Part shown: one piece after another, positions 1-9,357 of the stretch
How the letters are laid out: every line of letters starts with the position of its first letter
Position numbering within the stretch: position 1 is the stretch's first letter
From: Candidatus Bathyarchaeota archaeon
GTDB lineage: Archaea > Thermoproteota > CALKCG01 > B24 > DRYS01
DNA: 64,000 bases
Direction of reading: 5' to 3'
NCBI GenBank assembly: GCA_018396535.1
Contig: JAGTQC010000002.1
Coordinates: 1 to 64,000 of the forward strand
Translations under genes and position numbers: made by a program
The notes under the pieces: generated by a model
Database searches by the model: none
The model's input: the letters and a program-made list of their open reading frames with translations, nothing else
Told to the model about the DNA's origin: nothing

Positions 1-484
1 TCCCTGCCCCGAATCCTTTCTCTAAAAGTTTAAGCAATTCTGTTAGTTGGCGCCTCCCCCTTAGTGTCGGCGTATCAGGGAAGAGGGCAGTGCCATCAAC
101 AACATGGGTTACACTCTTAACCTCAAGGTAGAATCTTTTGGAACTAGCTCCGAGCAGAAAGTCGAGCCTGACGCTTGAGCCCTCCGGCTTAACATTCTCC
201 CCCACAATTCTATAGCCAGCCAACTCATCTATCAGCCCCAGCTCAATAACCATCCCAGCTAAATAGTTTGAGAATGTCGAATCTACGATGATTGGAATGT
301 TGTTATCATGAATTGCTGCAAAAATGCTATAGGGGCTCTTCCTAAGATGACTTGTCTCTGGCTCCCTCAAGTATAGTCTGACCCTGGGATACAATACTGT
401 TGTTAGCCTACCGGAGTTTGGAAGGTGCGCATAAACATTTCTACCTTCAACCTCCACTAGAGCTAAGAAGCGAATCAAGCACAT
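1..484 (-). CDS. sfsA: SfsA-family (PD-(D/E)xK) nuclease; runs off the left window edge; native N-terminus appears lost
   Basis: Not in the ORF track. Manual translation of the minus strand from 472 gives RFLALVEVEGRNVYAHLPNSGRL...RLDFLL...YLEVKSVTHVVDGTALFPDTPTLRGRRQLTEL, which are SfsA motifs. The nearest in-frame ATG (484) lies inside mgtA-derived sequence. Confidence 0.85.
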   Translation of the reverse strand, partial: MCLIRFLALVEVEGRNVYAHLPNSGRLTTVLYPRVRLYLREPETSHLRKSPYSIFAAIHDNNIPIIVDSTFSNYLAGMVIELGLIDELAGYRIVGENVKPEGSSVRLDFLLGASSKRFYLEVKSVTHVVDGTALFPDTPTLRGRRQLTELLKLLEKGFGAG

Positions 485-1352
485 TCCGCATATAGAGAGC
501 ATTGATAAAGAATACGAAAATGACGATTAGGAAGGTTACCTGCATTATCATATAACCAAAACCTCTGATCCCCCTCTGAAACTCTGTTTCCGGTCCTCTT
601 TCCGTAAGCTTCTTCGCTATTTTACCATATTCTGTATGACTTCCAGTTTTAACTACGACAGCCATCGCCGTCCCGCTTACAACAGAGGTACCCATAAAGA
701 GGTAGTTACTCCACTCCGTTATCGAAGGATCGTAGGATTTAAGCGGTAAGCTAGTCTTTTCAACAGGGAAGGATTCGCCAGTTAATACAGACTGATTTAC
801 GAACAGGTCTTTTGCATTTATAACCCGCGCATCTGCAGGTACTATATCGCCTGCTGAAAGAAATATGATATCCCCGGGAACTATCTCCGTAAGTCTAACC
901 TCCCTTTTAACACCATCCCTTAAAACGGTAGCTGTAGTCTCCACTCTACGCTTCAGCATCTCAGCAGCTCTCTCAGCCTTATACTCTTGATAAAAGTCTA
1001 GAATTACACTAAACATCACTATAACGAGTATTATAGTTGCATCTGCAACTTCTCTAAGAAAAACTGAAATAAACCCAGCGATAAGAAGTACTATTATCAA
1101 GGGGCTTTTAAAATGCGAGAGGAAATCTAGGATAACGATCCTCTTCTTTCTCATAGCAAGCTCGTTAAAACCGAAAATTTTAAGACGCTTCTCCACCTCT
1201 TCAGAAGAAAGCCCATTCATCGAAGATTTTAAACGTGAAAGAATTTCTTCGATAGGTAGTGTTAAAACTTCTTCAACACTCGGGAGAGCCCAGCTTAGAT
1301 CTTCGCTAACCCCCATCCTCTCTGTATCCTGAACAACCATAGCATCAACCAC
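447..1352 (-). pseudogene. mgtA: Truncated P-type ATPase (MgtA-like Mg2+ transporter), N-terminal ~300 aa only
   Basis: GLSSEE, IVPGDII, VPADAR, LTGESFPVEK and MGTSVVSG motifs are present. The ORF stops just before TM4 (AVGLTPE) and has no DKTGT phosphorylation motif. Confidence 0.85.
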
Positions 1353-1523
1353 CTATATCCTAACTCAATACTCTTCAAGACAACCTCTCCTTCCTACCTA
1401 TAAACATAGTTGAAGCTAGCGAAGCCCGGTTAGATGATACTAGGTATAAAGTTGTTTAACGTATCGATGGATAGAGAATCATAATATATGGAGACTGATA
1501 GGTGGATATTCATGTATCGTGGG

Positions 1524-2615
1524 TTAACAATATTGGGATGGATATCTTAGTAGAGCTAGTATACCACCTAAAGCTATAAGCTTATCATGCGCTTCAGTAT
1601 CGCATCCTATAAACCTTACTTCACCACCCATTCTCTCTACACCTTCTATCACATTATATAATCTACTCCATCCTTCGCTATCCAGTTTATCAAGCATCCT
1701 CTCAGATACTAGCAGTAGCTTAACAGCCCCATACGATGAAAGCTTCTCTACTTCATCAAACCCGTAAGCTGCAAGACCGCTACCCCTACCAACCTCCTTC
1801 AAGACATTTTCTATAAGCATAGATTCCTCTACAGCCCTACACTCGGATATATACCTGGATAAGCTTCCTGAACGTAGAGCTTCAGCTAAACCAGAAATAC
1901 CGCCACTACTAACCGTACAAAGCCTTATACGATCGGAGTATGCAGGATAAACTGATGAGAAGTATTCTACGAATAGGTTCTTGTAATGCCCTGGTCCTAC
2001 CACTATTATCATAGGTTTAACTTCGAGAGAGTTTACCGTATCTATAACCGCTTTAGCTATATCCGAATAGAATTTCAAAACCTCGGCTTCCCTACTCTCT
2101 AAATCAGATTTACCAGGTATCCTAGATTGTATATCTGCACGGATTTCATAACCATAACCCCTTAGTACAGCTATAGAAGCCTCATCCCTATCGATCGATA
2201 CAAGGATTACAGGTGTAAACCTAGATACACATAGCTTTCTAAGCCTATCCAACTCATATCCATATAGCTTCTCCTTTCTCACCGTTATGATAGAACCAGG
2301 TTTAACGTTTATAGTATGATAGCTACCCTTCACTCCTTCAAACCTCTCAGGTGCATCGAGTATTACACCCCTAACCCTAAGTCTCCTACCATACCGATCG
2401 AATTCGACAACCTCAACCTTCAAAGTTATATCCATAGGAAACCTTCTACCCTCCCTAACATCCCCCATCTCCGTCCTGAGTTTAACCATTCTCACAGTCT
2501 TAGCCTCGATCAAATCTCCAGGCTTCACTAGGATTCTGAGATTCCATAGATCTTCTATATCCTCTACACGCAGCTTTACCACACCATTCTCCTCATCCAA
2601 TTCTAGGATCTTCAA
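1524..2615 (-). CDS. pelA: Pelota/Dom34 mRNA surveillance protein
   Basis: EDLWNL, RLRVRG, GSYHTINV, AAYGFDEV and LGGILALLRYP motifs; TTG start. Confidence 0.95.
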   Translation of the reverse strand: MKILELDEENGVVKLRVEDIEDLWNLRILVKPGDLIEAKTVRMVKLRTEMGDVREGRRFPMDITLKVEVVEFDRYGRRLRVRGVILDAPERFEGVKGSYHTINVKPGSIITVRKEKLYGYELDRLRKLCVSRFTPVILVSIDRDEASIAVLRGYGYEIRADIQSRIPGKSDLESREAEVLKFYSDIAKAVIDTVNSLEVKPMIIVVGPGHYKNLFVEYFSSVYPAYSDRIRLCTVSSGGISGLAEALRSGSLSRYISECRAVEESMLIENVLKEVGRGSGLAAYGFDEVEKLSSYGAVKLLLVSERMLDKLDSEGWSRLYNVIEGVERMGGEVRFIGCDTEAHDKLIALGGILALLRYPSQYC

Positions 2616-2882
2616 ACATACAACCTCCTAAGACTAGCTGAGAGACTTATGCTACCATATATGCTACCCTAACCTCTATCATAACTATTACGGTATTAGA
2701 CTAAGCTATGACTATTCATAGCTACGATTACAATTGTACCCTATCTATCCGATATCTATGTACCACACCATCTATATTAGTCGTAACTGCTACTATGGTA
2801 TGCATACCGATACTGGATACAGATATGGCAGCAGATAAAGCTTAATAGCTTGCTAGATAACAGCGTTTTAGTTGTGACCTAG

Positions 2883-4412
2883 ATGAATAGTGGAAGAGGC
2901 ATTGAGACAATGAGAAGTTACGAAGAGATTAACAAGAAGATTAAGCATGGTGATGTAGTAGTCCTAACAGCGGATGAATATGCTAGGCTAGCAGAAGATA
3001 AAGGATGGGAGAAAGCTTCCAAGGAGGTGGATATAGTTACTACAGGTACCTTCGGAGCTATGTGTAGTAGTGGCGCATTCCTTAACTTCGGTCATACAGA
3101 GCCCCCGATGAAGATGTACCGATGCTGGCTTAACGATGTACCAGCCTATAAGGGGTTGGCGGCCGTAGATGCGTATATAGGTGCTACAGCTATGAGCGAA
3201 ACTAGACCGTTTGAGTATGGTGGTGGACATGTTATAGAGGATCTAGTAGCTGGTAGAGAGGTTGAGCTTAGAGCTGAAGCTTATGGAACTGATTGCTATC
3301 CTAGGAGGTATCTCGAAACATCTATAACCATATACGATCTCAACCAAGCTATACTGGTTAACCCTAGGAATGCTTATCAACGCTATAACGCTGCTACCAA
3401 TTCTACCGATAGAGTTCTATACACATATATGGGTACGCTTCTTCCATATTATGGTAACGTAACCTTTAGCGGTTCAGGTGTTTTAAGCCCGCTATACAAG
3501 GACCTATACTTAGAGACTATAGGTATAGGTACACGTATATTCTTAGGTGGAGGAATAGGGTATATCATAGGCGAGGGTACACAACATAATCCTGGTGCAG
3601 CTATGTCCACTATTATGGTTAAAGGTGATCTTAAGAAGATGAATCCAAGGTATCTCAGAGGCGCATCGATCTATAGGTATGGTACTACTATGTATGTTGG
3701 TTTAGGTATAGCTATACCGTTAATAAACGAGAGGGTTGCTAAAACCGCTGCTCTAAAGGATGAGGAGATATACACGGATATAGTGGATTATGGGGTCCCA
3801 TCTAGAAGTAGACCATCTGTACGTAGGGTCAGCTATGCTGAATTAAAAACTGGTCGCGTAGTCATAAACGATAGGACGGTTAGGGTTTCACCCTTATCCA
3901 GCGTGAAGTTGGCTATGGAGATAGCTTATACGCTTAAGAAGTGGATAGAAAACGGAATCTTCTACCTATCTAGACCTATCGAGCTTCTACCACTAGATAC
4001 TGTTTTTAAACCTCTAGAAGTTAGGAGGAGGGAGCCTAGGGTTTTCGAAGTTATGCGTCGAGATATACCGACTATAAGATCTGATGAGGATTTGAGGAAT
4101 ACAGCTAGGATACTCATAGAACGTGGTATCGATCATCTACCAGTGGTGGATGATAGAGGTAGGCTTATAGGTATAGTGACTAGCTGGGATTTAGCTAGAG
4201 CTCTAGCCTATGGCAAGATGAGGTTGGAGGATATCATGACTAGACATGTCATAACAGCTACACCCTACGAGCCTATACACAGTGTGGTTGCTAAGATGGA
4301 GAGGTACAATATATCTGGTCTACCAGTAGTGGATGAAGAGAATAGAGTTCTAGGTCTGGTAACTGCGGATGATATATCCCGTAGATATGTTGTAAGAGGT
4401 GGGATACCTTGA
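2883..4412 (+). CDS. L-aspartate semialdehyde sulfurtransferase (DUF39 + tandem CBS; MA1821-type homocysteine biosynthesis). Likely start is ATG 2910
   Basis: [43 protein letters not shown] and GEGTQHNP motifs; C-terminal CBS pair. Confidence 0.9.
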   Translation: MNSGRGIETMRSYEEINKKIKHGDVVVLTADEYARLAEDKGWEKASKEVDIVTTGTFGAMCSSGAFLNFGHTEPPMKMYRCWLNDVPAYKGLAAVDAYIGATAMSETRPFEYGGGHVIEDLVAGREVELRAEAYGTDCYPRRYLETSITIYDLNQAILVNPRNAYQRYNAATNSTDRVLYTYMGTLLPYYGNVTFSGSGVLSPLYKDLYLETIGIGTRIFLGGGIGYIIGEGTQHNPGAAMSTIMVKGDLKKMNPRYLRGASIYRYGTTMYVGLGIAIPLINERVAKTAALKDEEIYTDIVDYGVPSRSRPSVRRVSYAELKTGRVVINDRTVRVSPLSSVKLAMEIAYTLKKWIENGIFYLSRPIELLPLDTVFKPLEVRRREPRVFEVMRRDIPTIRSDEDLRNTARILIERGIDHLPVVDDRGRLIGIVTSWDLARALAYGKMRLEDIMTRHVITATPYEPIHSVVAKMERYNISGLPVVDEENRVLGLVTADDISRRYVVRGGIP

Positions 4413-4804
4413 GGTTTAAGCTTACATTCCCTAAGGAGCTTGCTGATAAACCTGTATTCTCCGAAGCTATATTAAGGTTTCATAGACCCTTCAATATAAT
4501 AGAAGCGGATGTAGATGCTGAGAAGGGGGTTATAGTAGCATCTACAGATCTACCCGAAGACGATGTGATGGAGCTTGTAAAATTCTTCGAGGAGAGGGGT
4601 GTTAGGGTAGAACTCCTAGCTAAGCTACTAGAAGTTGATCTAGAGAAGTGTATAAGTTGTGGTGCATGCGTAAGTCTATGCCCGGTGGAGGCTATAAGTA
4701 TAGCTAGGGATTGGAGCGTAGTCTTCGATGAAGAGAAGTGTGTAGCATGCGGTTTATGCGTGAACGCATGCCCTGTACGTGCTTTAAAACTCAGCATACA
4801 TTAA
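4409..4804 (+). CDS. NIL domain + 2x[4Fe-4S] ferredoxin (MA1822-type partner subunit)
   Basis: N-terminal NIL-like domain (FNIIEA) and two CxxCxxCxxxCP motifs; overlaps the stop of the DUF39 gene. Confidence 0.9.
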   Translation: MRFKLTFPKELADKPVFSEAILRFHRPFNIIEADVDAEKGVIVASTDLPEDDVMELVKFFEERGVRVELLAKLLEVDLEKCISCGACVSLCPVEAISIARDWSVVFDEEKCVACGLCVNACPVRALKLSIH

Positions 4805-4838
4805 TCCTTATATAATCTAGCCCTATGATAGATATTTT

Positions 4839-5885
4839 ATGTTTCTAAACCTATTCATGCTACCAAGCTATAAGACATGCCGTATGCTATACGCATCGAC
4901 TACGCATCCTATAGATGGGGGTAAGCATAGAGACTGGGTTTCTATACCATCGGGTGAGAAGTATACAGTGCTGGATGTTGATGGATGTGGATATGTAGCG
5001 TCTATATGGTTTACTATAAGCTCGAGGGATAGATACGTTCTACGTAATACTATACTCAATATATACTGGGATGGAGAGTCTAAGCCTAGTGTAGATACCC
5101 CTATAGGCGACTTTGTAGGCGTAGGTTTTGGTGAGTATAAACACCATAACTCCCTACTTACTGGTGAAACTAGTGGTGGATATTATAGCTTCATACCGAT
5201 GCCGTTCTCTAAAAGTTGTAGAGTAGAGTTCATCAATCGAGGTTTTGAACCGATACGTAGCCTATACGTTATGCTAGGATACTACCTATTTGATGAATAT
5301 CATGGATGCGATGTTAGATTTCATGCTAAATGGCGTAGGGAGAATCCCACCGAGGAGGGGAAGCCATACACTATACTTGAAGCTGAGGGGTCAGGCTTCT
5401 ATATAGGTACTAGACTAGATATGAGCCCTATAAATAAGAGTCATGGATTCACCTATCTGGAGGGAAACTTCGAGTTTATAGTCGATGGATGTAGGGATCT
5501 ATCATATGGATCTACAGGAACTGAGGATTATTTTCTGAGCGGATGGTATTTCATACATGGCGTATACGCTGCAGCTACTCACGGATTACTCATTAAGGAT
5601 GAACATAGATACAGGACATCATGCTATAGATATCATGTATTCGATCCTATACCATTCCGTAGAAGTATAACGGTTAGGGTACATCATGGAGAATATGATG
5701 AAGTACCTACAGACTACTCTAGTGTAGCATACTGGTATCAATGCGAGCCGCATAGGGATTTCGGTAAGCTATGCGTAGAGGAGGATCGCATACCTAGAGA
5801 GGAGTTTACAGATATGATGAAAACTGTCTACGGCAAGCCTTCGATAGAGTATGAGCATGTTAAAGGCTTAGAAGAGGTATTATAG
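4839..5885 (+). CDS. DUF2961 / glycoside hydrolase family 172 protein
   Basis: IYWDGESKPSVDTPIGDF, PMPF, FHAKWRRENPT, EG...GTGTEDYF, YRYHVFDPIPF and DYSSVAYWYQ motifs. Confidence 0.9.
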   Translation: MFLNLFMLPSYKTCRMLYASTTHPIDGGKHRDWVSIPSGEKYTVLDVDGCGYVASIWFTISSRDRYVLRNTILNIYWDGESKPSVDTPIGDFVGVGFGEYKHHNSLLTGETSGGYYSFIPMPFSKSCRVEFINRGFEPIRSLYVMLGYYLFDEYHGCDVRFHAKWRRENPTEEGKPYTILEAEGSGFYIGTRLDMSPINKSHGFTYLEGNFEFIVDGCRDLSYGSTGTEDYFLSGWYFIHGVYAAATHGLLIKDEHRYRTSCYRYHVFDPIPFRRSITVRVHHGEYDEVPTDYSSVAYWYQCEPHRDFGKLCVEEDRIPREEFTDMMKTVYGKPSIEYEHVKGLEEVL

Positions 5886-5906
5886 GCTACAAGATTCCGG
5901 ATAATG

Positions 5907-6626
5907 CTATCGTAACCGTCTAGATACGCTTAGTATCTTAGGATTCCATCCTATACAGCCTACATACCCGCCAACTACGATAAAGCATCCCTTAACACCG
6001 GGTATACTATAGGTCTCTCTTAAAGCATATTCGATACTATCCTTAGATACACTATCTACTAGGTTGCATAACCTAGTAGCGGCTGCATCAGCTAGAGCTG
6101 CGTTTTCAGCGAAGACCGTAGCTAGATCAGCTATACCGAAGCTTATTCCTCCACCATGCCTAGCTGAGCTTGAAGCTACACCTAGAGGTGTATCGCATGG
6201 ATCGATTTCGAAATATATATAATCCAATTCATCTGATCCTATATAAGCTTCTAAGACTATAGGTATAGTAGATACTATGGAAGCTTCACCCCCATTCTCA
6301 GCTATAGCTACACTGGCATCTAATTCAAGCATAGATTCGCATATCAGATCGGCTAAAGCACCTGCGACTGAAGCGAGGGGTCCTACACCTGCTATCGATG
6401 AGGCTGATACCATACGTTTGACTACTTCAGGCATACCATCATCTATATCTATAGGGTCTAGAACATACTTTATCCAAGGATTGGATGATACGTAATCCTC
6501 AAGCTCTATCCTCCTAGCTAGGAAAGTCTTGAATCCATAATCTATGGCTGCTATGTTATCGGATCTAAGTCTGAGTATACTCTCCTTATACCTATACCTC
6601 TTCTCGTATATCTTAATGGACTTCAA
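5907..6626 (-). CDS. UPF0280 / ApbE-like protein (MA1715-type, sulfide assimilation)
   Basis: VGPLASVAGALAD, ENGGE, GVASSS, ISFGIAD and ALADAAAT motifs. Confidence 0.85.
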   Translation of the reverse strand: MKSIKIYEKRYRYKESILRLRSDNIAAIDYGFKTFLARRIELEDYVSSNPWIKYVLDPIDIDDGMPEVVKRMVSASSIAGVGPLASVAGALADLICESMLELDASVAIAENGGEASIVSTIPIVLEAYIGSDELDYIYFEIDPCDTPLGVASSSARHGGGISFGIADLATVFAENAALADAAATRLCNLVDSVSKDSIEYALRETYSIPGVKGCFIVVGGYVGCIGWNPKILSVSRRLR

Positions 6627-7945
6627 GGCTCATGCCACGGATAGAACCATACAACTCCTCCAGTCTTCTCCCTACCATACCTCTCTATAGGTTTAGTTAA
6701 ATGTCTAAAAGCTCTAGGTGGTGGTAGATATAGGCCCGGCTTCAGATCTCTATCCATGTAGATCTCTATCTTAGCCGACCCTCTATCTCTGAAACCACAT
6801 CTACCACATCTGAAGCCTTTACCTAAACCCGCACTCTTCATCCTCCTACCACAATACGGACATAGTGGATTCATAATTCTGGTGATAGCCCTAGCTTCTA
6901 AAACCTCTATCTTCTCGATATTGAATGTTAATCCTTTATCGAATGGTTTAACACCCCCATACACTCTAACCCTATCCCCGTCTACAAGTTTCGATGCTAT
7001 AACCCTCAATCTACCTGTAGGTTCGTATACAGCACAATCTATAGTACCAGTACCATCGCTAAGCTTGAATATTACATGCCCTCCAGGTATGATCCTAGGT
7101 CTATCTGAAACTACACCTTCCAATACTGCTGCTACATAGGGTTTCAGAGATGATATCGTACGTTTACTCTTTAGATGAGCATCGGTACACTGATTACTCC
7201 TAAATATAACCCACCTCTCCACTTCTTCGTAGGATTTTATAAACCTATGCGCTCTATAAACCGCTTCAGGCGTCTCTCCTCTTATACCGTAGAGTACTGG
7301 ATCCATCCCTCTAGGTGTTACGAGAATCCTACCAGTCTCAGGATCTATATTCGCATATGTTTCGCCTCTCGTAGCCTCATCCATAGCTATAACAGATCCC
7401 GGATCTATCATTCTAGGCTTACCACGCATAGAAAACGTTCGATAAGCTATAAGCTCATACGTATAGTCTCCTCTAAGATCTTCACCTATAGCTGCTAAAG
7501 CTCCTACCAATCCTCGCGGATTTCTGAATACCCATCTAGCCACTCCTAAGCTATCAGCTAGTTTTAAAGCATACTCTACATCCACAACTTCTGTTTCAGC
7601 TAGATAGGCGAAACGTCTAAGCTCATCGGTTATACAGCCCCTATACACTGCTAGCACCGGATCTACATTCTCATCATCGATCATAGACTCCTTCTCGATA
7701 ACTTTCAAAGCTACATCTACAACGTCATCGATCATAGACTTATCTACCTCGAATCTGAGTGATACAGCTCCATTACCCCTAGTTTTCCACGGTATATTAG
7801 GGTTAAGCCTTACTAGGTTAGGATAATCCATCCATGAAACACCGAGCTTCGAATACTCGTAGACTAGTAGAGCAGCTATATACGTTGTACAACCACCCTT
7901 CATAGAATCTGTATCATCTATCCCTAGATGCAGCTTTACATTCAT
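6623..7945 (-). CDS. tiaS: tRNA(Ile2) agmatidine synthetase
   Basis: GIDDTDS-GGCTTY, LVRLNPNIPWKTRGNG, PVLYGIRG, NQCTDAH, OB-fold GGHV and C-terminal zinc ribbon. Confidence 0.97.
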   Translation of the reverse strand: MNVKLHLGIDDTDSMKGGCTTYIAALLVYEYSKLGVSWMDYPNLVRLNPNIPWKTRGNGAVSLRFEVDKSMIDDVVDVALKVIEKESMIDDENVDPVLAVYRGCITDELRRFAYLAETEVVDVEYALKLADSLGVARWVFRNPRGLVGALAAIGEDLRGDYTYELIAYRTFSMRGKPRMIDPGSVIAMDEATRGETYANIDPETGRILVTPRGMDPVLYGIRGETPEAVYRAHRFIKSYEEVERWVIFRSNQCTDAHLKSKRTISSLKPYVAAVLEGVVSDRPRIIPGGHVIFKLSDGTGTIDCAVYEPTGRLRVIASKLVDGDRVRVYGGVKPFDKGLTFNIEKIEVLEARAITRIMNPLCPYCGRRMKSAGLGKGFRCGRCGFRDRGSAKIEIYMDRDLKPGLYLPPPRAFRHLTKPIERYGREKTGGVVWFYPWHEP

Positions 7946-7955
7946 ATTCTATCCT

Positions 7956-8234
7956 TCAACCTCCATGCACCACAGGTATAAACGTAACCTTACATCCATC
8001 AGTAATCCTTGTACCTAATCCATCTAGGACTCCTATATCCCTTCCATCAACTAGTATGATAACGTTGACTACGGTATCCCCGCGTAGAGTTATATATTCA
8101 TCAATCCCGTGCCATCTATCCTTAACCATAGATATCAGATCTCTAATCGTAGCACCACTCGGTAGATCTACAACTATACTCCTAGTATTAGCTATCCTAG
8201 CTAGAACTCCTAGAAATTCTAGCTCTATCTTCAT
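7956..8234 (-). CDS. MoaD/ThiS/SAMP ubiquitin-like sulfur carrier
   Basis: 92 aa beta-grasp pattern (ILVDGRDI) ending in PVVHGG. Confidence 0.9.
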   Translation of the reverse strand: MKIELEFLGVLARIANTRSIVVDLPSGATIRDLISMVKDRWHGIDEYITLRGDTVVNVIILVDGRDIGVLDGLGTRITDGCKVTFIPVVHGG

Positions 8235-8250
8235 AAAGATCCCTCACACC

Positions 8251-8317
8251 GGATTCAGATGAGATGCATATCGTCATCCCCATCTATAGGGGTCGGTGCA
8301 GGTCAGTATCAACATCC
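8251..8317 (-). ncRNA. Box C/D methylation-guide sRNA
   Basis: Minus strand reads GG-ATGTTGA(C)-TACTGACCTGCA-CCGA(D')-CCCCTATAGATGGGG(hairpin)-ATGACGA(C')-TATGCATCTCAT-CTGA(D)-ATCC. It has two 12-nt guides, complementary ends (GGAT/ATCC) and an intergenic location. Confidence 0.8.
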
Positions 8318-8367
8318 TAGAATAGGTAATAGTAGATTGCTACTAGGTAAATCTTACCTACGGATAC

Positions 8368-8757
8368 TCAACCTAGTATCATTGAAGCTATCTTATTCAC
8401 TATCCTAATATACACTTCAACCTTATACTGGAGTCTAACTAGATCACGTTCAACCTGAGCTTCCTGGAATAGCTTCTCCATCTCGCATATAATGCTTGGA
8501 AGACCTCTAGGTACAACTTCTGAGGATAGGATCCTAGCTACACCCGCTTCTACGAATCTAGGATCACCTAGTAGATAGTATAGGGCAGCCCTTGCCTTCA
8601 CCATACCGTTTATCAACAGGTTTCTCTTAAGCTCTGAATCACTAACCCTAATAGCACACTGATACCTACTCTCTGCTTCACGTATAAATCTACGAAACCA
8701 GCTTTCTCTATAGTAATCGATGTAGAAACCGGTCTCCCTTATAGAATCGCTGAACAT
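8368..8757 (-). CDS. Hypothetical protein
   Basis: 129-aa ORF co-oriented in the aEF-1beta gene run; no family recognised. Confidence 0.7.
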   Translation of the reverse strand: MFSDSIRETGFYIDYYRESWFRRFIREAESRYQCAIRVSDSELKRNLLINGMVKARAALYYLLGDPRFVEAGVARILSSEVVPRGLPSIICEMEKLFQEAQVERDLVRLQYKVEVYIRIVNKIASMILG

Positions 8758-8764
8758 ACCAACT

Positions 8765-9043
8765 CTATACGCGTCTAGTTAGTATAACCTCTACTTCACT
8801 TACACCTTCGATAGATCTTATAGCTTCCTCGACTCTATCCAATACCTCACCCATAGTCTCTTCTGGTACCAGTATATCTAGTATTAGAGCTTCTATACCG
8901 AAAGCTATAGGCTCCCTCCTATAAGTATAGAGTCTAGCATCGCTAGGTAGCTTCTCATTTATGCTTTCTACAAGTATGTTTAGATCCTCATCGATACTCG
9001 ATGGGAATACACGGATAGTAGCCATAACTCTAGCCATACGCAC
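8765..9043 (-). CDS. ef1b: Translation elongation factor aEF-1beta
   Basis: MARV..IRVFP, REPIAFGIEAL and IEGVSEVEV motifs. Confidence 0.95.
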   Translation of the reverse strand: MRMARVMATIRVFPSSIDEDLNILVESINEKLPSDARLYTYRREPIAFGIEALILDILVPEETMGEVLDRVEEAIRSIEGVSEVEVILTRRV

Positions 9044-9124
9044 CCACCCTATAGGTATTATGGCTGCATTTAGAGTTATCAGATATATATAAACAATACC
9101 TTAAAGATAGCATCTAGATTTAAT

Positions 9125-9325
9125 CTACGGCCCCTCGAATCCGCATACAGGACATACATACCTTCTAGCAAGCTTCCTACAAAGCTCACAGCGCCATATA
9201 GTTATCTTACCGCAGTTAGGGCATAGAAAGCTTACAGCATTCTCGTTAGGTGTTATAAGTCTCTCACAGGAGCTACAGCTAGGAGTTCTAACGCCGGTTA
9301 TACGCGATGAAGATGATCGAAGCAT
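9125..9325 (-). CDS. HVO_2753/DUF1610 zinc-finger protein
   Basis: CSSC, FLCPNCG, IWRCELCRK and YVCPVCGFEGP; usual neighbour of aEF-1beta. Confidence 0.92.
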   Translation of the reverse strand: MLRSSSSRITGVRTPSCSSCERLITPNENAVSFLCPNCGKITIWRCELCRKLARRYVCPVCGFEGP

Positions 9326-9357
9326 AACGTGCTTTTAAAAGGTTTGATATCCTAAAT

